Positions 38,144-50,708 of a DNA stretch of 64,000 bases are shown here, one piece after another. The notes under the pieces are model-generated. The model saw only the letters and a program-made list of their open reading frames with translations, did no database searches and was not told where the DNA came from. A program made the position numbers and the translations under genes. Location of the stretch: positions 15,197,903 to 15,261,902 of the forward strand of contig CM082577.2 in assembly GCA_040954595.2 (NCBI GenBank), in the 5' to 3' direction. The first letter of the stretch is position 1, and the number at the start of each line of letters is the position of its first letter. Source of the stretch: Balanoglossus misakiensis. Lineage: Eukaryota > Animalia > Hemichordata.

Positions 38144-40216
38144 TCAATTGGCAAATGCGAGGCAATTCATTCTTCGCGCTTGGCTGGCACACGACACTGC
38201 GTCAGTGGGTAGTTTAAGATGATCATATATTTCATCAAATCGACGTTTAAACGACTCTTGCATCACCGCTACATTTCTTTGGTGCATTTCCATTTGCCTG
38301 GCCTGGGACGCGACCGTCTGCGTTAACTCATCTACTTTCGAATTGAGCTGTGCCTTATCAGACTCCAATTGGACTATGCGCATTTCTCGCTCTTTTAGCA
38401 TAGCCATTACATTCTCCGCGGCTGCTGATTGCTCCCTACAGTTTTCCAACTCGGAACGGAGCGACTCGATAGCAGCTGCTTGTTCCGCACTATGTTCTTG
38501 GTGACGTGAAATGGCATTGTACAGACAAGCGCCCTGTTTCGAGTTGAGAAACTGTACGATAGCTTGAAAGTTCTCATGACTATTCCTTGTACGGGGGCTG
38601 TCTTTCACAAATTCTTTCAATAGTTGACATTCTATAGTGGCGATCGTGATATCGCGTTCTGTTTTCTTGAGTAGGCGACTACCGACCTTTTTCGACATGC
38701 CTGATGTGATCTCGTCAACGCCGAATACAACAGTGGCGCCTGCCAACACCGAGGACATGGCAGTGACGTAGCAACCTAACACAGTATAGCCGAATTTATC
38801 ATACTGTGTGCACAAGTCGACGCGTGAAGAGTTGGAATATTGCGGTTTTGAGCGAATGATTCGGGCCACGGTGGAAACAATCGCACTATTCTGACATGGT
38901 TCGTTGTTTTGACCGGATAATCCTAACGGACACTTGAATTTAGTTCCAGATCTGCTTTCTATCAGTTTTATTGCGATTCGTTTTGTTGGGCCAGACGATT
39001 CGATTACTTCAATGGTTGGGTTGTCCGGGATAATTGCGTCGTTAGAAACGGTTACATTTATCACTTTGCAATCTTCTAAGGGTTTCATAATCTTAAACCA
39101 ATAAATTGTCGCTGGATACACTTGTTCACCAACGTGCATGTAGTACAAATTGTTCTTTAATTGTGGGGGCAATTTATCGCAATCTCCATACAGCACAGGC
39201 ATCCCAACCACAGCCGCGGCAGAATTTATGTCATCCTCTGTCGACAGTTGAATCAAAGGAGGGGTTTTCGAGTCCAAGAAATCGCATACATAATTCTTGT
39301 TCCGTTTACAGTCTTTCATTCGCTTGCGCTTGGCAGTTACCGAAGTATTGTCTCCCAACAGCGAAAACTGATCGTTTCCACATTGCACAGTAATAAGGTT
39401 CCAGGCCTCTTTCGGAGATAGCACGTGATAATGCCCGTCTTTCATTAAAGCGATGCACGGAAAATCATTGCTTTGACCTTTCTGTAACATGTATGATATA
39501 GGTGTTCTGATTGCGTCGTGAAACTCTTTCATACAGTCATTATCGCTTGTGTATAATGACAGAATAGCACCAAAATTGCCGCGAATGGTCAAATGGCGTT
39601 CCGCGTCGTTCGATTGGTCTGGTATTAAATCCTGAGTATAAGACATCGGACTTTGTGCGTCGAGCGGGGGGTGAATTTCAGCGGCAGATGCGCGAATTTC
39701 CTCTGGAACTTGATAACTGGTGCATGGATGAGAAACTGCAGTGGCATTCTCTGACGGCCCCGGGTTATATTGTTCAGTGTGGTTGTCGGATCCACCGTGC
39801 CGGTCCGCGTGATAGAACGGAGAAGAGTCTATCGAACTGGGTTCATTATGGACTAAGAATTCGGTCGTTGCCTCTGTGGCATTCACGCTCGGGGCCTGAC
39901 GGGTATGATCTGATACGCCTAGCAACAAATCTATGATGTTTGGAGACTCGTTCACCATTTCGGCCGAAAAATCTTGTTCAATATCGTCTCCAAATAAAAA
40001 GTCTTGGACGGTGGTATAAGGCTCATCGCTCGATATATCAGGAGCCATTTCTACATCACAAGCCTGTATGACAAAAAATGAGGAAATGTATTAACAGTTG
40101 TGCGAAGACACAGTGGGTTAACAAACAAAATGCGTTTAATGTGTATATGTACTCACGGGAATTTGAACCTGTCGGAGTACCGTCTGTAGAAAATCACTAT
40201 AATCGGTTTGAGCCAT
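38144..40216 (-). CDS. Hypothetical protein with C-terminal coiled coil, 2 exons (40216-40157, 40063-38144)
   Basis: 634 aa ORF extended in frame by a 93 nt GTGAGT...CAG intron; TATAAA at 40253-40258. Confidence 0.8.
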
Positions 40217-40625
40217 CTTCAATAATAAGCTGTACTCGTGGTTGACGTTCGCTTTATACATGTGCAACGTGTGTTCACATCAACATGCATGGGTTAAATT
40301 CATGTATGTTGTTGTGTATCCATCCCAGTTTACGTGTAGGCCGTCGCGATCACGTGACAAAATACGAGGTCATTATTACCACCACAAGCTACATATAAGC
40401 TGCCGTGACCACGTTATGTGTATGTATTTGTATGTATAAATTACTTCATGTACGTGATGTGTAACTATAAAGGTGATGTAGTTACATCGAGACACCATCT
40501 TAGTACACACACACTGCACAACTTGCATAAAATGTAGTTCATACACGTATACAAGCACGGTGTTTTGTATCAAAAATAGTTTAATAACAGCTATTCTACA
40601 ATGACTTTAACAACCACTGTAAGTA

Positions 40626-41514
40626 TCATTCTGTCAAGTTCATTTTTTCGTCTAGGCCAGGGACCATCTTACACATTTCGGATAATGCTAGAGCTAATAT
40701 TCTGTTTTCCAGTTCTATATTGGATATTTTATCTATGGGGTTGTTTTCAAAATCTGTAACGCTTTCGTCATCATGCAACAACAATTTGAACCACAAAATA
40801 ATCGCTACGTATGAGTCACCTTCGAAATTGATGACGGATATTGAGTCATTTGCATAATCAGATATATCACATAGTACCGGCATTCCAAACTTCGCATACA
40901 ACCACCTGTTGGATCCTTCAACAAAACGGTCTGTTTTAAGTCTGGGTGTCTGTTCTACAAAATTACCTAACGCACGTGGGTTTGTAGTTAACCCAAGTTC
41001 ACGAAGGATATCATGGCTATTTTGCAAAACCATGGATTCTACCGCGTCTAAATAATGCATGGCTTGTACACTGCCATCTTCCCTTAGGAAAAGGGTTGAA
41101 CACCTATCAACACCAGGAGTAGCTAAAGCTTCCAGCGAAACAGTACACGCACTGGGGACTGATTGCCAAACTCCTCCACGTTGTTTATAAAAAGCTATGT
41201 ATTCTTTGAAACACGACCCGTGTGCTTGTATCGTTTTTATTTTATTTAACAGTATCATTGGATGGTGATTTTGCGACCTCCGGTGTGTTGATTGGTGAAC
41301 ATCCTCAGAGACGACCTAAACAGTTGCATTGATAGAGAGGAAGATAGAAAGAGTGGTTTAGTGGAAAGTAATATTTAGTCAAATGTTGGCAACCCGATTT
41401 ACATGTAGAATGACATGTACGTACCTCAGTTGTATTTTCAGTAGATATATCCCGGGATGAATCGTCGGGTTCATGAATAGGCGTTTCCGTATGTTGTTCT
41501 TGGATCACACGAAC
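40626..41514 (-). CDS. Paralog of the adjacent gene; exons 41514-41425 and 41315-40626, first exon not found
   Basis: Shares GMPVL...Y.A.I.WFK with the 38144 gene; phase-0 GT-AG joins. Confidence 0.65.
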
Positions 41515-41596
41515 CTACAAAAAAACAAACAAAAGTGTAACATTTTTAACATTGCTTGGGACCACTCCGCTTAATGGTTAGCACACACACACACAA

Positions 41597-42157
41597 TCGC
41601 TGGCTCGCCGTTGACTGGACCAGCGCGCCCTCAACCGTTAACAAACAAACGAACACCGCTTCGCAATGTCCCAGCGTAAATCTCTCTTGACAGTAAAGTT
41701 TAATTGGCGGTCCACGGGATACTAATTAAACAGTTTTCAAAGCAATGAAGCCCTTACACGGAGGCGTGAAAAACTAATTGTCCGCCTCGAGCTAGCTAAG
41801 TATTCGGCTTCAACCGACTCGCCATTTTTAAGCGCAGCCAGATAGTAGCGCGTGTTAACCCCCCCCCCCCCCCCACCCCAACCAAATCAGCGACGAACCT
41901 TCAATGCCGGCTGACTGGTAGCAGAAAACACAAACGACCTTGAATCACACCACGACAGTAGTCGGGTCTGTGAGCACCCCCAAACGCAAATTTATCGGCG
42001 AAAAACTACGGGAGCTTTTTGAAACAGCGACACTGGCTCGCTGTTGACTGTACCAGCGCGCCCTCAACCGTTAACAAACAAACGAACACCGCTTCGCAAT
42101 GTCCCAGCGTAAATCTCTCTTGACAGTCAAGTTTAATTGGCGGTCCACGGGATACTA
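41597..42157. repeat. Two ~125 bp direct repeats (41597-41725, 42030-42157)
   Basis: ctggctcgc...accagcgcgccctcaaccgttaac...ccacgggatactaa is duplicated. Confidence 0.85.
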
Positions 42158-42174
42158 AAATGATCGACCCAGAA

Positions 42175-43620
42175 GTGGCCAGTAACGTTTGAATTCCTAA
42201 TTTGCATACAGTTCCCCAACTTTGTTTAGCAATTTGCAACCCATTTCTGACAATAATTCACCCCAGGCACATTACTGGTACTATGAGTTTACTACGTGTG
42301 ATTTTTCATGAAGTTTTAAGAAATTCTTTACCTTCACTGACAAAATGTCAACGTGACCTTGAAGTTACAACTTTTGTAAACAAATATCTGCCATACCCAC
42401 ACAAAAATTAACCCCTCATGTTTTAGAAACATTATTAAAACCCTCTATTCATCATTTTGACACGAATACAATCCCCCCCTCCCCTTCAACTTGAAAGAGT
42501 TATCGCTGCCCGAGTTGTAGGTAGATCAAAATGCAAGTCATCGAGAGCTATTTGAGCCATAGATAAACAATGCGTAAATTTCTGCTGTATTTAGATAATA
42601 ATCGCGGTCTCTACGTCAGTCGACAACTTTTGCCGGGCCGTTGATACTTGCCATAACGTAATTCGAATTGTATATTTGCCATAGCGCTACAAATCTCATT
42701 CACCTGACATGTCTTATTTCGGGCCACCAACACGTTTTTGACAAATAGTTTACGATACAAGTCGATTGAAATGTGGCAAATAAATGTTGAATTAAACGTA
42801 CGTACCAGTTCTGTATCTCCGCCGGACAGATATATGTTGAAATCATTGGATCGACAAATCGGTGTTTCCTCTTGCAGTTCACGGAGAAGGCGGTTCTAAT
42901 AACAACAAATACCATAAAAAAATATTTGATAACATTGGATGAAGTTGTTAAATTCTCACAAAATCTATTTTACCTCATTTACATTGACAAGAGTATTTGA
43001 TACATCTCTGCACACTCTGGTGAGAATAAAAAACTTACGTAATCATCTTGCCCTAGTAATGATTCGGATATATTTTCATCCAGCCCAATCAAATCCATGT
43101 TGTCTGATAACAGTTTATACCAAGAAAATGGTAGCAACATGAAGACAACCCTAATATTTATACAAGAACACTTCAGAAGTTAATTAAAATCACATGTAGG
43201 CACTTGACGACAATTATTCATGCCATCAGACAGAAAATGACATTAGTTGGTCTCTCGTGTATAATTGTTTGACTCGAATATTGAAACTTGACGACAGACA
43301 TTGGACATGGTGCAACGCAAACGCTTGAACTTGCCAGTAACGTTTGCATTCCTCATTTGCATACAGTTCTGGCAATTATTTCACCCCGGGCACATTACTG
43401 GCACTATGAGTGTACTACATGTGATTTTTCATTAAGTTTTATCAAGAAGAATTTCTTTACTTCCACTGACAAAATTGTGAACACGAAATTCAAAGTGACC
43501 TTGAAGGTAACAAAAACAAAAAACAAAGAAAAAAAAAATATCTGCCATACCCACACAAAAATTAACCCCCTCAGGTTTTAGAAACATTATTAAACTCATC
43601 TATTCAAAATTTTGACATGA
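42175..43620. repeat. Two diverged ~290 bp direct repeats (42175-42470, 43325-43620)
   Basis: gccagtaacgtttg...gcacattactgg...atctgccatacccacacaaaa...tagaaacattattaaa is duplicated. Confidence 0.8.
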
Positions 43621-45631
43621 ATATATCCATGCAGCGTTGGAAAGGAAGTCATAACGTCATAGGTCAACATGCCTTGACTTAGTTCATGGGGAAGACAATT
43701 TTTACACCGTCATTACTCCTCAAGGGAGCCGCTCGCAACATTATAATTTCACGGTAACTCAGTTCAATATCTTCCTAGCCTACCCAATTTTTTTTCAAGA
43801 CAAGAAATCTTTTATGTGAGTCAGGGACCACAATTTCAGTCAACATACCGAAACTGTCTTTCTCGGGAACGCGTCGTTAAAACTTCACGAAAAATCATCC
43901 TATCATTGACTGTGGTGATTCATACCCGTACCACTCAGTGAAATAGATCTCTTTAGTCTGGGCGCCTTAATGAGCCCATTAAGCGCAAGAATGTTCCCTC
44001 AAGAAATAAAGACGGTCGGGAAACTCTCGGGCCTCATTATGGTTCGCTTAAATGTTGATTGGGTTCAACAATCCACTTAACTCTCCACACCCCCCACCTC
44101 CCTATCAGAAGCATGCCACATCCTGAACAGTTAATTAGCCATGCCAAGCACCTGTTTTCTCGGCGGTCTGCGACATTTCCGCAGGAAAACTGACATTTCG
44201 GACAGTTTTATTTGGTCAGTTCTAATTGTTTCTGTTGTAAAGGGCGGTGGGACGTGTAAAAAACGTCTTTATCATTGAATATTTCAATCATTTTACGACA
44301 ACAGAGTGTCACACTTTCGGGTATCGTAACATTCGACACTGGGATTTCACACTCAAGTGTAAAACACGAAAAATCACTTGTCGCGTCGGCACGGCTTTGG
44401 TCAATTTTTTGATAGTGTGAAGTAGATTTATCGCCGAAATAAGCTTAGCACTGTCGTTGATAATACAAATGAAAGCCATGGGTTGGATGAGATCCCCGGC
44501 GGAGATCGTCCGAGATGTCAACATCAAAGACACGGCTTTTCAAACGCACGGACTTCATTCCGCGACACAGTGAAGGCGTGTCGGGTCGCGGTCAGTGACC
44601 ATGGCAGCGCCGATATGCCAAGACGTCACTTGCGGAAGTGACCTCGTGTGGAGAGCTCATTTTGCGCGGTTTGAATGTTACTGACATCTAGCGAGAACTA
44701 TGACAGCTTCGATACATTAACGTATGATGAAATCATCGACTTTGTTTCTCAGAAATAAACTCATGGCATGAAAAATTAGGACGATAAAGAGAACGAGACA
44801 CTAGCTTTAGCGAAATCTACCGTGGCCATGGAAGGCCTACGCACGTTCATGGTTTGTTACGATAACCGGCCACATACGATGTTGAACGGATCAGAACATT
44901 GCAGCTTTGATTTCGTCTTTTTTTTCTTTCTTAACCTTTTGAACTCCTAAGGCCAAAAAAAAAAAAAAGAGTTTTGTTTAGCGTCCTCGCGCGCGTCACT
45001 TTTAAACATGCGCGTCGAGGCTTTTTTTTCGTAATTTTCGAACCCGGAAATCAACTGCAGTGTTTTCTCCAGGACGCGCGATTCCCCCTCTTTTACACTT
45101 GAAGCGCCCCTTGTAACAAGTTCAGGGGGCGACAATCGCCCCTTCTTGAGCAGCCCACCCGGCCAGTACATGCGCGTCCAAGCCTCCATAGCAGGCACCG
45201 TAGGTCAAAACACTGGGAAAACGGCCTATACATTTTAACTTCCCCCCCCCCCAAACTATGTTGTAGATGACTTTCACATTCATTTACGTGTAATTTAGCT
45301 CCAGGGCTATAGTGTGCAATTGTTGGAACAGCCTATCTGGATACCGTAGTGAACTTGTTGATATGGCGACTTTTGAAATTGGGTTGGCAGAACGTAACAA
45401 TTTTATGCAAATTAAAGAAACTGCGTTCCTGCCATGGCGATTATCAAGAATGTATCAGTTTATAATAATATAACCCGCCCAACAGGTTCGGATAATCGGT
45501 GTTCCACTGTATATTCAATATGGCGAGCTCAACATGTAAACACACAACTTCTCATCCCTCAAAAACATACAGGGGACCCATCTTAAGTAACGTCCAATGT
45601 AAAAGGTCACTGAACTCGTCAGCGTATTATG

Positions 45632-45895
45632 TGGCTACTCGTACATTGACCTTTTGGGGCGGGATTCTTTTTTGGCGCGCAACCACTAGTACCAGGCCCC
45701 AGACCAGGAACTGGCGACCCGCCGTTTGTTTCCAACGCCAAATTTGATTCTAATGTTGAATGTCCGAGAAAACAATTTATCTGACCTGTAGTTTTCTTGG
45801 CTCGCTTACGTTTTAATTTGGAAACTTTTAAAAGAATCAAACGCCACCGTCTTGATGACTGGCCCCTATTTTAATAATGGTTTCGTCGTTTCGCA
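45632..45895. repeat. ~260 bp repeat, second copy at ~47899-48142
   Basis: tactcgtacattgaccttttggggcggg...tggtttcgtcgtttcgc is present twice. Confidence 0.88.
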
Positions 45896-46008
45896 ATGGA
45901 AAAGGTCGCTGAACTCGCCAGCTGAAGCGATTGCGAAACAGCGAAACCACAAAAAACTGACATTATTTCCTTAAATACCACAGAGCGAAGGATGCATATT
46001 GCAATTAA

Positions 46009-46353
46009 AGGGACAAAGTCTCTCTCTCGCTGCCCTTTTTTTCCATTAATTATATTTGATACAAGACACCGTTTGTTATTCTACATGTGGATATATAGTG
46101 AATGAACGTTCAACCACCCGCAACTTCCATCCCTCTTATAGACAGGAGAGTGAAAAAAATCGCCAAAATGAATCATTGTTCTGTACCATTAATTCATTTT
46201 GGGCGAGTTTTTACTCTCGTATCATACAAGTGGGATGGAAGTTTTGTGTGGTTGAACGTTCATTCACTATATATCCACATGTAGAATAACAAACGGTGTC
46301 TTGTATCCAACATAATTAATGGAAAAAGGGCAGCGAGAGAGACTTTGTCCCTT
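46009..46353. mobile_element. Almost fully palindromic TTAA MITE, copy 1
   Basis: TTAA|AGGGACAAAGTC...GACTTTGTCCCT(T)|TTAA; empty paralogous site gcaattaagataataaag at ~47778-47795. Confidence 0.88.
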
Positions 46354-46373
46354 TTAAGATAATAAAGACTTTT

Positions 46374-46893
46374 GTCTTACCACTCCCATCAGCGTCTGAC
46401 CTTCGGCAGTCTACATGTCTGGTCATACATACATACATACATCAACATGTACATGTCTGATCAGCTGGCAGAAACAGTCAGTTGACTTCTGAGTGGCCTC
46501 GAGTCAATGTAGTATGTGTCACGCGCAAAGCACCATGGGAGTTCCAACATGAGTAAGCGTTGTGTCTTACCACTCCCATCAGCGTCTGACCTTCGGCAGT
46601 CGGCATACATGTCTGTCATACATACATACATCCACATATACTAGTACATGTCTGATCAGCTGGCATCCGGGTGTCCTATGGGAGTTCCAACATGAGTAAG
46701 CGTTGTGTCTTACCACTCCCATCAGCGTCTGACCTTCGGCAGTCGGCATACATGTCTGTCATACATACATACATCGACATACTAGTATACTAGTACATGT
46801 CTGATCAGCTGGCATCCGGGTGTCCTTGCGTCGGTGGTAGTGGTATATGTCACACGCAAAGCACCATGGGAGTTCCAACATGAGTAAGCGTTC
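46374..46893. repeat. Irregular tandem repeat, ~3 units of ~140-190 bp
   Basis: gtcttaccactcccatcagcgtctgaccttcggcagtc at ~46375, 46564, 46707. Confidence 0.88.
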
Positions 46894-47017
46894 CATTCTC
46901 CACGCAGAGAATAACCTTGCTAGGGAGTCCGACCACTATAGCCGCTATTTAGTGGCTATTGGGAAGACCCCCTATATAGTCTAGAATTATCCACTCCAAG
47001 TCTATGCGTGGAGAATG
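46894..47017. mobile_element. Tiny TIR element
   Basis: CATTCTCCACGCA...TGCGTGGAGAATG inverted ends. Confidence 0.55.
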
Positions 47018-48143
47018 TAAGAACTTTTCTGTAAACTTTCCGGGGCATATTATGGAAACTGGAAGCGAAAAACTGGACCATATTTTCGACCGCTGAAGGG
47101 GAGGTTTTAGCGTTTACATGATTTAAAATAACGCACTCTAGCGAAAGTTACCGCAAGTTGAAAATGCCTCAACAAACGTAGACTTGCTCCAAGTCTATGG
47201 GCTGTGTAGGGAACGTGTCGGCCCATACCCGAAACCACAAGCTCAGTCGCAAATTCGAAACTCGCCTCACTACCAAAAACACGCTTAAGGCAAGCATGCA
47301 TGCAAAAAAGTATTGAAATTATTTATTAAGACAAAAAACCACCGAAAACACAAAAAGTATTGAGATTTAAAAATCACCAAGCGACTAGTGGGCTAGTCTA
47401 CAACAAACGGTCTGTGAGCGGCCATTCAAAATGCAACGGTATGCTAATGAAGGTGGTGCGCTCTGGTTGATTGTCGCGATTTGTTTATGTTTTTTTTCAC
47501 TCCGTATGTCAGCTGGCATCATGGCGTACTGTTGCCAACGACGTAGTTTGAAGTTAGCAGGCAGACTAAACAGCGAGCGCGCAGCTTTATTGTGTGTATA
47601 TTTTGAAAGACTAATATGTAATGTGTGTGAAATTGCATGGGAGCCCCAAATCGATTTCACTGTACTATCTCATAGGCGTCTAACACATTCCAACGAAACC
47701 ACAAAGATCGAAACCTCAAAATGCGGCAGCAACTTACACTATTTCCTTAAATACCACAAGGCAGGGAGGCATGAATTGCAATTAAGATAATAAAGAAATT
47801 TGGACAAGGATACTGTGTTGTGTGAGTTACATGCGTTTCTATATATAACTACTACTCTTACCCCCCATCAGTGTTTGACCCTCGAAAGCTTATGGAATAT
47901 ACTCGTACATTGACCTTTTGGGGCGGGATTCTTTTTTGGCGCGCAACCACACCAGGAACTGGCGACCCGCCGTTTGTTTCCAACGCCAAATTTGATTCTG
48001 ATGTTGAATTTCCGAAAAAACAATTCATCTGACCTGTAGTTTTCTTGGGTCGCTTACGTTTTAATTTGGAAACTTTTTAAAAAATCATACGCCACAGTCT
48101 TGATGACTGGCCCCTATTTTAATAATGGTTTCGTCGTTTCGCT

Positions 48144-48925
48144 GTTTCGCTTCGTATGTGAAGGACTGTTTCTGCCAGCTGATCGGACATGTAAGATTTC
48201 GAAGTCACCGTTTCGCTTCGTATGTGAAGGCCGTGAAGTAAACTGACTGTTTTCTGCCAGCTGATCGGACATGTAAGATTTCGAAGTCACCGTTTCGCTT
48301 CGTATGTGAAGGCCGTGAAGTAAACTGACTGTTTTCTGCCAGCTGATCGGACATGTAAGATTTCGAAGTCACCGTTTCGCTTCGTATGTGAAGGCCGTGA
48401 AGTAAACTGACTGTTTTCTGCCAGCTGATCGGACATGTAAGATTTCGAAGTCACCGTTTCGCTTCGTATGTGAAGGCCGTGAAGTAAACTGACTGTTTTC
48501 TGCCAGCTGATCGGACATGTAAGATTTCGAAGTCACCGTTTCGCTTCGTATGTGAAGGCCGTGAAGTAAACTGACTGTTTTCTGCCAGCTGATCGGACAT
48601 GTAAGATTTCGAAGTCACCGTTTCGCTTCGTATGTGAAGGCCGTGAAGTAAACTGACTGTTTTCTGCCAGCTGATCGGACATGTAAGATTTCGAAGTCAC
48701 CGTTTCGCTTCGTATGTGAAGGCCGTGAAGTAAACTGACTGTTTTCTGCCAGCTGATCGGACATGTAAGATTTCGAAGTCACCGTTTCGCTTCGTATGTG
48801 ACGGCCGTGAAGTAAACTGACTGTTTTCTGCCAGCTGATCGGACATGTAAGATTTCGAAGTCACCGTTTCGCTTCGTATGTGACGGCCGTGAAGTCAACT
48901 GATCGGACATGTAAGATTTCGAAGG
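48144..48925. repeat. 82 bp tandem array, ~8 full near-identical units plus partial units
   Basis: Unit gtttcgcttcgtatgtgaaggccgtgaagtaaactgactgttttctgccagctgatcggacatgtaagatttcgaagtcacc at 48210, 48292, 48374 and onward. Confidence 0.97.
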
Positions 48926-49006
48926 TCAAACACTGATGGGGGGCGGTAAGACAAAAATCTTTATTATCTTAATTGTAATATACCTCATTCGCACTGTGGC
49001 ATTTAA

Positions 49007-49354
49007 AGGGACAAAGTCTCTCTCTCGCTGCCCTTTTTTCCATTAATTATATTTGATACAAGACACCGTTTGTTATTCTACATGTGGATATAAAGTGAAT
49101 CAAAATTCAACCACACGCAACTTCCATCCCTCTTATAGACAGGAGAGTGAAAAAAACTCGCCAAAATGAATAATCGTTCTTTACCATTTATTCATTTTGG
49201 GCGAGTTTTTAATCTCATATCATACAAATGGGATGGAAGTTGTGTGTGGTTTAACGTAGATTCACTATATATCCACATGTACATTAACATAACCAGTGTC
49301 TTGTATCAAACATAATTAATGGAATAAGGGTAGCTGGAGAGAGACTTTGTCCCT
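49007..49354. mobile_element. Palindromic TTAA MITE, copy 2
   Basis: Same termini and interior as 46009-46353, with TTAA on both sides. Confidence 0.88.
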
Positions 49355-49594
49355 TTAAGGAAATAATGTCAGTTTTTTTGTGGTTTCGCTGTTTCGCAAC
49401 TTCCACTTGCATATGCGGCGATTGACATAAGACAGGCCGGACCGCGTGACCTTTTCCACTTGGACATGAGACGTGAAAAATTGAATGGTACATGTGTCAG
49501 TGTTCAGTGCACAAAAGAATCTTACATAAACCCATCACTGCCCCTATTAAAATGCATAGTTTGTGTGTTTTTGTTTGTTTGTGTGTTTTTGTTT

Positions 49595-50190
49595 TAGAAT
49601 ACAATTAAAAGAAATTAAAAACAATATAAAAATATAAATAAAATAAAAACGAGATTACAAACAAAATTGAATAAAAAGAAAATTGAAAAGAAAAGACGAC
49701 AAAATAAAATGAAAAGAAATTAAAAACAACATAAAACATAAATAAAATAAAAACGAAATTACAAACAAAATAGAATAAAAAGAAAATTGAAAAGAAAAGA
49801 CAACAAAATAAAATGAAAAGAAATTAAAAACAACATAAAAACATAAATAAAATAAAAACGAGATTACAAACAAAATTGAATAAAAAGAAAATTGAAAAGA
49901 AAAGACGACAAAATACAATGAAAAGTAATTAAAAACAAAACAAAATAAACAAACATAAAAACGAAATTAAAAACAAAATTGAATAAAAAAATTTGAACAG
50001 AAAATAAAACAAAATACAATGAAAAGAAAATGATAAGAAAAAAGAAAAGAAAAATGAAAAGAAAATGAAAAGAAATAAAAAAAAACAGTAAAAAATAAAT
50101 AAAATCAAAACGAAATTAAAAAAAATGAATAAAAAAAATGGAAAAGAAAAGAAAATGAAAAGAAAAATAAAGTGAAATGAAATGAACATT
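49595..50190. repeat. A-rich low-complexity tract with ~110-120 bp periodicity
   Basis: aaaacgagattacaaacaaaattgaataaaaagaaaattgaaaag is repeated three times, then degenerates. Confidence 0.9.
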
Positions 50191-50708
50191 TTTTCACCCA
50201 TGGACGAAATCTGCCGTGAGCCTACAGGGCTGGGACCATATTTTCGACCGGTGAAGTAACCTTCGGAAAGTCGCCGCAATATCAATATTTCAGCAAATAA
50301 TTCCAAAATCCATTTGGATGGCACGAACTAAGACATGTTAGGGGAGGTTTTCGCGTTTACATGATTTAAAAATAACGCCGGTCTGTGAGCGGCCATTCAA
50401 AATGCAACGGTCCTGATGGTGCGCTCTGGCTATCGTTTACAAGTGTTGCGTAATGTAAGTGGAACCAGTATCTGGTTTACCATGGGGAGTCTGCAATCAC
50501 AGACAGTGTACATGCTTTTGGTCTTGTCAACAGAACTGTAAATCTCAAGACCATGGCAGTTGGCTTAAGCCAATCGAAAAATCGGAAATAAAATAGAGAG
50601 AAATAGTGTTAACAGCCCATCTCGCAAACATGCTTGAATCATTCCATAAATATAGGCCAAACAACCACGAGGCAGGGACCATTGGATTAACACAGACTTA
50701 ACTGGAAG

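Noticed and set aside
45570-45586. GGGACCCATCTTAA matching the 2104-2898 MITE end, as a possible viral terminus
   Set aside because: No partner TIR found; probably a remnant of a related host element.
46009-46353. Herpesvirus origin-of-replication palindrome
   Set aside because: TTAA TSD, a second copy and an empty paralogous site indicate a MITE.
48144-48925. CRISPR-like array
   Set aside because: Units are identical along their whole length, with no unique spacers and no cas genes, in a eukaryotic context.
49655-50324. Phe-rich membrane-protein ORFs
   Set aside because: Translation artefacts of the A-rich low-complexity tract.
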